In this document: positions 1-8,806 of the stretch, piece after piece
How positions within the stretch are numbered: position 1 is the stretch's first letter
Layout: every line of letters starts with the position of its first letter
DNA from: Candidatus Omnitrophota bacterium
Lineage (GTDB): Bacteria; Omnitrophota; Gorgyraeia; Velamenicoccales; JABMQK01
Assembly (NCBI GenBank): GCA_028711115.1
Contig: JAQTSV010000001.1
Span: 1,111,005 to 1,175,004, forward strand
DNA length: 64,000 nt
Reading direction: 5' to 3'
Program-made: the position numbers and the translations under genes
The notes under the pieces: model-generated
The model's input: the letters and a program-made list of their open reading frames with translations, nothing else
Told to the model about the DNA's origin: nothing
The model's database searches: none

Positions 1-1401
1 TAACAACTCAAAAATATAATCAAGGATAGACATATTAATCCTGCATCTATCATTCGTTGGCGACCTAAGAAAAATATTGCCTTCTATAACATAATTATAA
101 AGAGGACATGTTCCACAGTAAGGTTTATAAACACAGTCGCTGCAGCTAGGAATTCCATCAAGACAAGAAGATAACGACAGAATTTTCACTATCTCATTGT
201 CAATAAATTCTTGATATTTATTTTTATTTACATTCCCCAACCTAAAAGTATCATCACCCATAACGGAAAACATCCTTCCTTCATCACAGGTATATACATC
301 ACCATTAAAATTATAAGCCAACTGGCCTGTTCCAGCTCCGCAAGGGGAACGTATCTCTAAATAATTAGGATCTCTATTAGTCAAAATCTTCTGTAGAAAT
401 ATCTTTGCTGTCCTTTCATAGAAATTATGTCCTTTAAAATTTAACACCATAATATAATCTAATGCTTCTTTATAAAAATCTAAAAAATCTTCTGCAGAAA
501 AACTGATTTTCTGTCGTGTTTTTTCTCTTATTCCAAACGGATTAACTGGCCTTAGGTGGATTCCGTCTAAACCCAAAGCAACAAACTCATCAATAATTTC
601 TCTGGGATAGGACAGGGAGTATTTGGTGATTGTAGTAAGGGCATTGAGTCTATATTTATACGTCTTGTGTTTTTTAACTTCTCCCCTTATCCTTTTAATC
701 CATTTAATAGTGTTTTTATAACTATTATTATTTGTACTCAATACAATCCGATTCTTATTATGTAATATCTCCGGTCCATCTAACGATGTGCAGAAGCTAA
801 CGTTATTCTTGATTAAAAATGTTAAGATCTTCTTGTTCATATAGGTCAAATTTGACACGAGGCTTATTAATAATTTCTTCTTTGCAGATTTGTTCTTTTT
901 ATTGGCGTACTCAACAATGAATTTAATCGTATCAAAATTTACCAAAGGTTCTCCGCCTTGAAATTCTATAGTTATATTAGAATTTGGAGATTCAAAAATT
1001 CTATCAACGACCTTTTCAGCTGTCCGGCTATCCATATCGTATTGGGTTGAATCTAAGTCTTTGGCACCACTTTGACAATATATACACTTATGGTCACATC
1101 GAAGAGTAACTACAACAATATGTAAAGACGGACCGCTTCCTAAGAACATATTGCGAGAAGCGTATTTACTGGTTAGACCATTAAAATCCAGTCTATCTCT
1201 AATAAAACCTTTATCTATAAGTTCGGAGTATTTATTAGGGGAACGATCTTCAATTTTGCCGATAAGAAATAAATCAAATTCAATTGGATCCAAGAAACAA
1301 TATCCACCCATATCATTGGTAAGCAGATACTCACCATTCAGTTTCTTGAATCTAAAAAAACCGACCTTTTCTTTATTAATATCTTTTAGCTCTAAAGGCA
1401 T
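1..1401 (-). CDS. Radical SAM/SPASM-domain maturase-like enzyme, 3' end truncated by the window edge. An ~100-aa N-terminal extension precedes the CxxxCxxC motif.
   Basis: Manual minus-strand translation from the ATG at 1401 gives MPLELKDINKEKVGFFRFKKLNGEYLLTNDMGGYCF...LGSGPSLHIVVVTLRCDHKCIYCQSGAKD... (C-x3-C-x2-C). The C-terminal part read from positions ~1-300 contains CLDGIPSCSDCVYKPYCGTCP, a SPASM/twitch-type Cys cluster. It is absent from the ORF track because it runs off the window. Confidence 0.8.
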   Translation of the reverse strand, partial: MPLELKDINKEKVGFFRFKKLNGEYLLTNDMGGYCFLDPIEFDLFLIGKIEDRSPNKYSELIDKGFIRDRLDFNGLTSKYASRNMFLGSGPSLHIVVVTLRCDHKCIYCQSGAKDLDSTQYDMDSRTAEKVVDRIFESPNSNITIEFQGGEPLVNFDTIKFIVEYANKKNKSAKKKLLISLVSNLTYMNKKILTFLIKNNVSFCTSLDGPEILHNKNRIVLSTNNNSYKNTIKWIKRIRGEVKKHKTYKYRLNALTTITKYSLSYPREIIDEFVALGLDGIHLRPVNPFGIREKTRQKISFSAEDFLDFYKEALDYIMVLNFKGHNFYERTAKIFLQKILTNRDPNYLEIRSPCGAGTGQLAYNFNGDVYTCDEGRMFSVMGDDTFRLGNVNKNKYQEFIDNEIVKILSLSSCLDGIPSCSDCVYKPYCGTCPLYNYVIEGNIFLRSPTNDRCRINMSILDYIFELL

Positions 1402-1581
1402 TTCTTTGTCAGTGCCAAAACATAATTGGAGAATTCACCGATAATAATATTATTAAAACCAGAAGAAACCTTATCAATCTTAACTTCTATGTAGCTATTT
1501 GTTTGTTTTAAGGAGAATCTGGCAAGATTGGAATAGGCTGAAACCGCATTCTGAATTGCTTTTTTTTTATAGATTTTTGTG

Positions 1582-1995
1582 TTAAACCTTACTTTTGGCA
1601 TTATTTTTCTTTACATTTCCGTATTTTTCTTCCCATGGGATAGCGATTCCCAAAGGATCTTTTAACGCGTCGCTATTAAAATCTTCACTAGAAATAGGCA
1701 AAGCAGAATAGATGGCCCGATTAACAATATATTCTCTTATCTTCTTATTGTTGGTTCCTATTTTATGCCTGAGGGAACAATACAGTAATTCATTTTCAAA
1801 ATCTCCCCTCAATTGCGCCTTTTTTCCGGCAGAAATCACTTGTTTGCTCTCCAGAGATACTCTTACTTTTTTCCCTTTACTATCGCTATCTAAAAATACA
1901 TATGCACGGTCAATAAATGCATAACAGGCATTTAATATGGCCTCCAGATTATAAATATCGCTATTTAAAACTATTTTGATAACGTTTTGACTCAT
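1582..1995 (-). CDS. Small hypothetical protein (137 aa) immediately upstream of the radical SAM/SPASM gene; possible accessory or substrate-related protein of that module.
   Basis: The 137-aa ORF has GGGAG about 10 nt upstream of its ATG. It sits in an operon-like position between the secreted Cys-rich protein and the radical SAM gene. No family recognised with certainty. Confidence 0.45.
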   Translation of the reverse strand: MSQNVIKIVLNSDIYNLEAILNACYAFIDRAYVFLDSDSKGKKVRVSLESKQVISAGKKAQLRGDFENELLYCSLRHKIGTNNKKIREYIVNRAIYSALPISSEDFNSDALKDPLGIAIPWEEKYGNVKKNNAKSKV

Positions 1996-2028
1996 TATAA
2001 AATTCTCCCTGGGATTCTACTGAATCTA

Positions 2029-3462
2029 TTAATCGCACACACCATCTTTGTTTTGATCGTTACATGCACGGCAGCATATAAAATAACGTGTGCCATCAAT
2101 CGGAGGGCTTATAGTCTCTGCCCCACCGCCACAATAACAATCATCGTCATATATCCCAGCCTCGCCAACTGACCCAGCTGCAAGATAATAATCTGCGGGA
2201 CACTCCTGAGTTCCGCTACTATCAGTATATGTGATTCTTACGCATGTATTACTAGAACCCCGTACATCCAATCTTGCTGTCGGATTCGTCGTGCCGATAC
2301 CGACGTAGCCGCCTGGTTTTATAACAAAATACGGTGATGTAAATGAAGAATCAGTTCCTGTGCCAGCACCAATTGCAAATGTACTTGAGTTGTAAACAGT
2401 TCCGATAGACCAAGGATACGCTCCTTGACGAATAATATTGATATATTGCCCACTGGCCTGAGGCTTAGTAATAACAAGATTGCCATTATATGCGTTATCT
2501 GCGTTTGTGCCGCTTGGATGAATTGTTATTCTGCCTATAGTATCTAGGGCTTGGGTTGGCGCTGATGTGCCGATACCAACATTACCCGCTGCATCAATAG
2601 CCATAGCATCACGAACGGAACTTGCACTTCTTTGCCTGAATATGATTGGCTCACTAAGATCATCACCCGTCTCGATTATAAGTACTCCGTTATTGCCCGG
2701 ATTAGTGTTGCCTTCGCTATAAATCTTCCAATAATCATTACTTGCCATTACGGCATAGATTGAGAAATTGCCATTGTTGGCGCTGGTCTGGAGTTGAAGA
2801 TTAGCTAACGTTGGACTTGTTGTCCCTATACCCACATTGCCTGCAGCATTAATAACAAGCCTCTCTAGCGAATTAGTCCCCAATGATACGTATGGAGAAT
2901 CTGCCCCTGAAACAGCAGGGTCACCTTCTCCGAGTTCTAAAAATGCTCTTCCGTTTGTAGGACTAACAGTTGTACCATCTACATCATACTGCAATCTATA
3001 AGCAGTGCCTGTCCAAGGCCAAGTCGAATACTTTGACTTTCTTCGATAAAGATATATTAAAAGACGAAGGTTGTTGTTGCCTCCCGATACGGCAAGATTC
3101 TGTATTTCAAAGGGATAGGCAGCGCTTCCGATGGTATCAGTCACATTAGAATAACCTATAATCGCGGCTCCGGTAGCAATACTTGTATAACTCCTAGCGT
3201 CATTCACAGTAAGCCGGGTAACCGGAGCACTAGTTCCAATGCCAACATTATCACTGACAAGAAGCGTTCCATTGGTTAAAGTAGCGCTCCTATAGTAGCT
3301 TCCTACGGCCATCTGGTCTACTCTTAATTCTTTATAGATTCCATACGGGGCGGGATAATAAGTGGTGAGGGTGATTTTTTCTTCGGCAAAAGAATAAAGG
3401 ATAGAAAATAAAACAGCGACTAAAACAAAAGCTGCTAATAGATTTGCCTTTTGTCTCATCAT
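2029..3462 (-). CDS. Secreted or membrane-anchored repeat protein with GNVGIGT(S/T)xPT tail-fibre-like repeats and a C-terminal tail carrying 10 Cys in ~70 aa.
   Basis: N-terminal hydrophobic segment MMRQKANLLAAFVLVAVLFSILYSFA. Four copies of the (A)AGNVGIGT(T/S)(A/S)PT motif. C-terminus CVRITYTDSSGTQECPADYY...DDDCYCGGG...YFICCRACNDQNKDGVCD. Confidence 0.6.
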   Translation of the reverse strand: MMRQKANLLAAFVLVAVLFSILYSFAEEKITLTTYYPAPYGIYKELRVDQMAVGSYYRSATLTNGTLLVSDNVGIGTSAPVTRLTVNDARSYTSIATGAAIIGYSNVTDTIGSAAYPFEIQNLAVSGGNNNLRLLIYLYRRKSKYSTWPWTGTAYRLQYDVDGTTVSPTNGRAFLELGEGDPAVSGADSPYVSLGTNSLERLVINAAGNVGIGTTSPTLANLQLQTSANNGNFSIYAVMASNDYWKIYSEGNTNPGNNGVLIIETGDDLSEPIIFRQRSASSVRDAMAIDAAGNVGIGTSAPTQALDTIGRITIHPSGTNADNAYNGNLVITKPQASGQYINIIRQGAYPWSIGTVYNSSTFAIGAGTGTDSSFTSPYFVIKPGGYVGIGTTNPTARLDVRGSSNTCVRITYTDSSGTQECPADYYLAAGSVGEAGIYDDDCYCGGGAETISPPIDGTRYFICCRACNDQNKDGVCD

Positions 3463-3463
3463 C

Positions 3464-4723
3464 TTATTTAGTTAATCTGGCGGCTAAAATTGAATTTTTA
3501 ATTTTGTTTATGTTTACCTTCATTAACTTATTATTTAGATTAACATTATTTTTTGCTTCAGTCAATAGGTAATTTTGTGAATAACCACGCCAGAAACCAT
3601 TCTTTTTCTCTTCAAACAGGACTTGTAATTGGCGGTTTAAAAAACGCCTTTTAAACTTAAGGCCTAACTTATCGCTAAGCGCCTTTAGCAAGATAAATCT
3701 CTGCTTAAGAACCTGTTCAGGAATATTATTCTTGAAATTTACCAGCGGTGTGTTGTCTCTGGGGTCGAATGGAAAAATATGCACACGACTAGGCAAAACT
3801 TTTTTCAGGAAATCCAATGTATTTAAAAACCTTTTCTCATCTTCGTCGGGAAAACCAATCATAATATCTGTGGTGATAGCCATATTTTTTATGTTCTTTC
3901 TTAACTTTGCCGCGAGCTTTAGATAATCCTGCCTCCTGTCTTTCCTGTTCATAAGTTTTAAGATTTCATTGTCACCGCTTTGAAAAGGAATATGCAGGTG
4001 CGGGCAGAGTTTTTGAGAAGTTTTCATTTTTTTGATGAGCCTGTCGGTCACATCTTTTGCCTCAATGGAACTTAAACGTATGCGCAGAACGCCTTTTATC
4101 TTTTCAATCTCTCCGATTAAATCCGTTAAGTCTATCTTCTGCTCCAAATCCCTGCCGTAATCACCCAGACAAATTCCTGTCAAAACTATTTCTTTGTAAC
4201 CTTTATCGCTCAGTCTTTTTATTTCGTTGATAATCGAAACAGGATTCCTGCTTCTGGAACGCCCCCGCACATAAGGCACTTTGCAGAAACTGCAGAAATT
4301 ATTACAGCCGTCCTGAATCTTGACAAAAGCCCTGGTGCGGCCTTGGAAATCACTTATCTCTTGAATAGCGGAAACATTATCTTTTCCGTCGGGAAAAAGA
4401 AATTCTACAATTCTATTCTTATCGTCATTGTTTAAAATTATATCTGCGCTGCCAATTCTTTCAATATCATCTGCATTTGAATGCGCATAGCAACCGGTCA
4501 CTACAACTTTAGCCAAAGGGTTTTCTCTTTTTGCCACTCTCATCAAATATCGAGACTGCCTGTCAGCGCTGCTGGTAACTGTACATGTGTTAATAATATA
4601 GAAGTTGGCTTTCTGGCCATTACCTAATTCCTTAAGACCTTTCCGCCTTAGCTGTTCCCGAATCAGCTGCGAATCATACTGATTAACTTTACAACCTAAA
4701 GTGTAGATTTTGAATGTCTGCAT
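3464..4723 (-). CDS. MiaB-family radical SAM tRNA methylthiotransferase (MtaB/MiaB-like).
   Basis: N-terminal MTTase domain (KIYTLGCKVNQYDS...INTCTVT) followed by a radical SAM core (GCNNFCSFCKVPYVRG). 419 aa. Confidence 0.85.
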   Translation of the reverse strand: MQTFKIYTLGCKVNQYDSQLIREQLRRKGLKELGNGQKANFYIINTCTVTSSADRQSRYLMRVAKRENPLAKVVVTGCYAHSNADDIERIGSADIILNNDDKNRIVEFLFPDGKDNVSAIQEISDFQGRTRAFVKIQDGCNNFCSFCKVPYVRGRSRSRNPVSIINEIKRLSDKGYKEIVLTGICLGDYGRDLEQKIDLTDLIGEIEKIKGVLRIRLSSIEAKDVTDRLIKKMKTSQKLCPHLHIPFQSGDNEILKLMNRKDRRQDYLKLAAKLRKNIKNMAITTDIMIGFPDEDEKRFLNTLDFLKKVLPSRVHIFPFDPRDNTPLVNFKNNIPEQVLKQRFILLKALSDKLGLKFKRRFLNRQLQVLFEEKKNGFWRGYSQNYLLTEAKNNVNLNNKLMKVNINKIKNSILAARLTK

Positions 4724-4735
4724 TGTTAAAATAAC

Positions 4736-5467
4736 CTAACTAAAATATAATTTTATAAACCCTGCGGCGACTATTGCTGCGGTATCCACTTTTAAAACCG
4801 AATCGCCTAAACTAACAGAGATAAAACCTGCCTGCTGTGCCGAATCTATCTCTTCTTTGGAAAAATCCCCTTCTGGCCCGATGGCAACCAGGATATTCTT
4901 TGCAGGCTTCTTTTCTAAAACATCTTTGAGATTTTGTGTACTGCCTGCCAGATTCGGTATCACAGCCAAATCGAAATCTCCGTCGAGCTTTAATCTCATC
5001 AGCCCTTCAAAATTCAGGAAATCGATTTGCGGCAGGAATAAATTTCCGCTCTGTTTTAAACTGGACTCCGCAATCTTTTTAAACCGCACTAACTTGCGGG
5101 AATAATCTTTAAGATTTACTTCCGTGCGCTCAGTCTTAAGTAAAATTATTTTTTCTGTTCCGATTTCTGTAAGTTTTTCTACGATAAAATCTATTTTTGA
5201 TTTCTTGGGCACAGCGCAGGCTACGGTTAATCTCAAAGGTAACTCTTCTTTCTTGTATGTATGTCTTTCCAGAATGTTTAATTTTGCGCCATGTTTACCT
5301 AAATGGCTGATTTCACAGATAAGTTCTGTACCGTTACCATCTATGACAGTGACTTTATCTTGATTTTTCAGGCGCAGGACATCTTTTAAATGATGCAATT
5401 CGTCTTTGTCTAGAATATTTATCTGGTGAGAATTTATATGTTGTGGATTGCAGAAGAATCTGCGCAT
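4736..5467 (-). CDS. rsmE: 16S rRNA (uracil1498-N3)-methyltransferase RsmE.
   Basis: MRRFF N-terminus, 243 aa, PUA-like N-domain plus SPOUT C-domain pattern typical of RsmE. Confidence 0.8.
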   Translation of the reverse strand: MRRFFCNPQHINSHQINILDKDELHHLKDVLRLKNQDKVTVIDGNGTELICEISHLGKHGAKLNILERHTYKKEELPLRLTVACAVPKKSKIDFIVEKLTEIGTEKIILLKTERTEVNLKDYSRKLVRFKKIAESSLKQSGNLFLPQIDFLNFEGLMRLKLDGDFDLAVIPNLAGSTQNLKDVLEKKPAKNILVAIGPEGDFSKEEIDSAQQAGFISVSLGDSVLKVDTAAIVAAGFIKLYFS

Positions 5468-5476
5468 AAATTTAGT

Positions 5477-6982
5477 TTATCCCTCGGAGAAAACAAAAGC
5501 CTGAAATGTATAAATCTGGGTTTTGGAATCTTTATAGGCGTCTGGCGCAAGGCCTGCCTTCTGCCAGCAAAGCTGACTTAGAAAAGTCTCCAGATCCCAC
5601 TTTGTCTCGGTGGCCACCTGGGGCAAGAAAACCCCGCTGGAAAAACCTCTTTTTACGATTACGCCGTCTGTGCCCAATCTAATCTTTCGCCAGTCGTCGA
5701 TTAATTGCGGTTCAGTCAATACAGAAATCTCAATCTTAATGTGGCTTAATTCATCTTTGGTCACAGGGCCAAACCGGGGATCGCCGGTAGCTGATTCTAT
5801 GGCCATCTGGGAAATAACCTTATAAATCGGCTCTCTCGACGTAAAAGTGCCGATACAACCCCTCAAATCCCCGTCTTTGTGCAGTGTGACGAATGCGCCC
5901 CGCTGTAAATTTAATTGCGGATCTTCTTCATTAAAACTCGGGGTTTTGCCTGTAACAACATATTCAGTTATGGTCTGGCGCGCAATTTCTAATAATCTTT
6001 TTTTCTGAGTTTCGTTAAACATCTGCTCTTCTCCTTTTGAAACCGGACTATTTTTGCCAGAGTTATTTTTATCTGCTTCGGATAAATCGCTGCTCTCTTT
6101 AAAAAATATGATGCTGGCGTAACCCACGACTCCTGATTTATCGCCCGTGACATCTCCTGAATTAGCGTAATCCAGGGCCTGCGCTTTCAGCCCTAATTCT
6201 TTAGCATAATTTAATAAAACCGAAACCGGTGCCAAACCGCATGCTTCGCATTCTCTTTTTAAATTTGACTGCCAGAACCCAAAGGCATCCAGATTTTTCA
6301 TATAAGAAATCGCCTTTGCGTCCATTTCCTGCGCCTCTGAATAAGGATGATAATGAGATAAATCCGTACTCGCCACGAGCAAAACCTTCTTACCTTTAGT
6401 TATATCGACGAGAATTCTGGCGACTTTGGCATAATCGCTGTAATCTAACTGACCAAAAACCATTGGCACAATTTTAAAGCCGGCTAATGATTTCTGCAAA
6501 AATGGTAATTCCACTTCTACGGCGTGTTCTCTTTCAAATGCCTCGGGTATAAATTTGATTTTATCGCTTGAAGAAATCAGCGCCTTGGTTAATTCGCTGT
6601 CAACTTCAACATCGCCTAAAGGCGTACGGAAAAATCCTTCATCATAAACAGAAATGCCTTTTAAGGCATAGAAATGCGACGGCGCAAGAATAATTACCGT
6701 ATCAAAACTTCTGCCTTTTATGGCGTCAAAACTGTAGGCGGCAACCTGGCCGGAATATGCGTATCCTGCGTGCGGGGAAATTACAGCAAGAATATCTTTG
6801 TCTTTTACATCTTGATTCTGCCTGACATTGGCAAAGAAATTGTCAATTTGGCTGGAGAGCACATCTTTATCGGCAGGATAAAATTGTCCGCTGACATTAG
6901 GATATTTTATCTTACCTTCGGCAAAAATAATACCGCAGAATAAAACAAAACAGATAAAACCCGATAAAAATATCTTCTTCAT
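5477..6982 (-). CDS. Fusion of a Memo-like protein (AmmeMemoRadiSam system protein B family) and an AMMECR1 domain (protein A family), with an N-terminal signal peptide.
   Basis: Signal-like N-terminus MKKIFLSGFICFVLFCGIIFA. Memo motif VISPHAGYAYSG. C-terminal AMMECR1 motif LRGCIGTF. Confidence 0.75.
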   Translation of the reverse strand: MKKIFLSGFICFVLFCGIIFAEGKIKYPNVSGQFYPADKDVLSSQIDNFFANVRQNQDVKDKDILAVISPHAGYAYSGQVAAYSFDAIKGRSFDTVIILAPSHFYALKGISVYDEGFFRTPLGDVEVDSELTKALISSSDKIKFIPEAFEREHAVEVELPFLQKSLAGFKIVPMVFGQLDYSDYAKVARILVDITKGKKVLLVASTDLSHYHPYSEAQEMDAKAISYMKNLDAFGFWQSNLKRECEACGLAPVSVLLNYAKELGLKAQALDYANSGDVTGDKSGVVGYASIIFFKESSDLSEADKNNSGKNSPVSKGEEQMFNETQKKRLLEIARQTITEYVVTGKTPSFNEEDPQLNLQRGAFVTLHKDGDLRGCIGTFTSREPIYKVISQMAIESATGDPRFGPVTKDELSHIKIEISVLTEPQLIDDWRKIRLGTDGVIVKRGFSSGVFLPQVATETKWDLETFLSQLCWQKAGLAPDAYKDSKTQIYTFQAFVFSEG

Positions 6983-6996
6983 ATTTATAATTAAAG

Positions 6997-7068
6997 TGGA
7001 GTCACCGGGAATTGAACCCGGACCTCATCCTTGCGAAGGATGTGTTGTCCCATTTCAACTATGACCCC
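6997..7068 (-). tRNA. tRNA-Ala, anticodon CGC.
   Basis: Reverse complement folds as a cloverleaf: GGGGTCA/TGACTCC acceptor stem with a G3:U70 wobble pair (the Ala identity element), anticodon loop TTCGCAA, T-arm CCGGGTTCAATTCCCGG, discriminator A. CCA is not encoded. Confidence 0.8.
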
Positions 7069-7173
7069 TTATTTGATAAACTCTGAATCTTAAATTCAAA
7101 ATAAATGCTGCTGTAATATGACTAATTTAACATATCAGTTGGTATTTTTCAACTCGTATTTAAAACTGTGGGG

Positions 7174-7758
7174 TTATCGTCCGGAGGTCATGCGGGAAAA
7201 AAATGTGGTGGTTAAATTCACAGCGGGGTTGTCAAACAAGGATTCAGTTTTCGTAGGGTCTTTTCTTGTCCGTATGGTAACAGTTAAAGCTGTATTATTA
7301 TATGCAGCCGGGGCAACAACATTAAAATAAGTAATACCGTTGGCTATTGTTTCATTACTTGAAGTAAAATTATCGGAAGAATAATAGATTGAGCCATATG
7401 TCCCTCCCGGCCATCTATAGGCATGCCATTGATCTGGCGCAGAAACAGTTCCGCTATTATCATAATCAACCCTAATTACTACCCTTTGGTTACTTTCCTG
7501 TATATAAAGGCTGTTATTATATAGGCCGCCGATTTGATTCTCGAAATCATTTCTAATTCGGTTTATTACCGGTATCAATTCACCCAATAATTTCGTCTGG
7601 GCTGTTGGTTTTGTCTGCATTCTGCGCATTGCCATCTCCAGAGTAATGCCTGTGAGCGCAACCACGCTAAATAACAAAATTGCTATCATAAGCTCCATAA
7701 GGGTAAATCCGGCCAAAAATCTATTATGCTTATACATTATTTCTTGTCTGTTGTGCAT
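7174..7758 (-). CDS. Minor pilin/pseudopilin with a prepilin-type N-terminal cleavage/methylation domain (PilW/GspJ-like).
   Basis: RFLAG|FTLMELMIAILLF class III signal with Glu at +5. Confidence 0.7.
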   Translation of the reverse strand: MHNRQEIMYKHNRFLAGFTLMELMIAILLFSVVALTGITLEMAMRRMQTKPTAQTKLLGELIPVINRIRNDFENQIGGLYNNSLYIQESNQRVVIRVDYDNSGTVSAPDQWHAYRWPGGTYGSIYYSSDNFTSSNETIANGITYFNVVAPAAYNNTALTVTIRTRKDPTKTESLFDNPAVNLTTTFFSRMTSGR

Positions 7759-7776
7759 CGTTTGTTAAACTAAATA

Positions 7777-8223
7777 TTATAGCGTAGGTTCGGTCCAATC
7801 TACTTCTACTTCGGCCTTACGATATTCGTAGCCGCCTCCGGGGTCTGTTATTCTATAACGCCACTTGCCGTTATATTTGGTGGCAAATTCGGTTGTACCA
7901 AAGGTGCTGTAAATATTCAAAAAATTATTTGCATAATCCATATCATACCAGGCACTCCATGCGCCATTAGCCGCTATCGGCGAAGTAGCACAATACCATT
8001 CATCTGCGCGTAAGTACGCCCTGAAATTCTCCAAAACAGTCTGTGCCACTTCATCAGCAAAATGCCTTCTCTGTGCACGCTGGATTATTTTGCTCGAAGA
8101 CAAAGTAATGCTGAACATCCCCGCGCCAATAAGTGCCAAAAGCACGGCGGAAACTATTATTTCTACTAATGTCAACCCTGCCTTCTGCTTTAATTTGTTA
8201 ATCGAATGCATCTTTCCTGACAA
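7777..8223 (-). CDS. Minor pilin/pseudopilin (PilV/GspI-like).
   Basis: KQKAG|LTLVEIIVSAVLLALIG prepilin-type N-terminus. Confidence 0.7.
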   Translation of the reverse strand: MSGKMHSINKLKQKAGLTLVEIIVSAVLLALIGAGMFSITLSSSKIIQRAQRRHFADEVAQTVLENFRAYLRADEWYCATSPIAANGAWSAWYDMDYANNFLNIYSTFGTTEFATKYNGKWRYRITDPGGGYEYRKAEVEVDWTEPTL

Positions 8224-8358
8224 AATTCCTCCGTCGATAACAACAGAGTTTTAAACTATGGATAAAAAAACCTTAGAATTTTATTTCTAAGGGACTGCTA
8301 TATTATATGTTATTTCTGAGACTCCATTCAAAGAATGAAGAAATATACATAAAAAAGA

Positions 8359-8793
8359 TTAGGGGCAAGTGCCCGTACAGCTAGCACTAACGGCAGTATT
8401 AGTAATCTCCCAATAGCGATTATAGCCACCTCTATTTCTTGTAAGTCTCGCTGTAAAAGACGCTCCAGTAGTTGCACCTGTAATTGAATAAGTCCAGCTA
8501 TTATCGCTAACCAAATCCAATCTCAAATTAGTATTTATAGTATCGATTGCAGTAACAGCAGTTGTCGATTGGGGATAATATAAACCTGTCTCTAATCTAT
8601 AAGCCCGCTCAGCTGAACGGATAAGGCTGAGTATAGCCTGGGCCTGTTTGTCCATTGTTCTCTCTCGGGAGCGGACATATGTAGGCAAGGCAATACTTGC
8701 CAATATCCCCACAATAATCACTACCACTACTAATTCAATAAGCGTGACTGCGCGTCTTTTATCTTTATGAAACATATTTATTTTCTTGAACAT
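8359..8793 (-). CDS. Pilin-like protein (144 aa) with a C-terminal Cys pair; the small partner of cassette A.
   Basis: KRRA|VTLIELVVVVIIVGILA, a prepilin-like N-terminus with Ala rather than Gly at -1. C-terminal CTGTCP. Paralog of the ORF at 10094-10525. Confidence 0.7.
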   Translation of the reverse strand: MFKKINMFHKDKRRAVTLIELVVVVIIVGILASIALPTYVRSRERTMDKQAQAILSLIRSAERAYRLETGLYYPQSTTAVTAIDTINTNLRLDLVSDNSWTYSITGATTGASFTARLTRNRGGYNRYWEITNTAVSASCTGTCP

Positions 8794-8806
8794 GTTATTC
8801 TGTACA

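Noticed and set aside
1151-1444. Plus-strand 97-aa ORF and the numerous other 60-120-aa plus-strand ORFs in the track (e.g. 1712-1924, 16443-17060, 44940-45434, 49856-50200).
   Set aside because: All sit entirely within well-supported minus-strand genes, have low-complexity or hydrophobic junk translations, and lack ribosome-binding sites. They are typical shadow ORFs in AT-rich DNA.
8337-8361. Inverted repeat GGGCAAGTGCCC near the 3' end of the 144-aa pilin gene, considered as a terminator.
   Set aside because: It lies inside the coding sequence (encoding the C-terminal CTGTCP disulfide loop) and is not followed by a U-tract.
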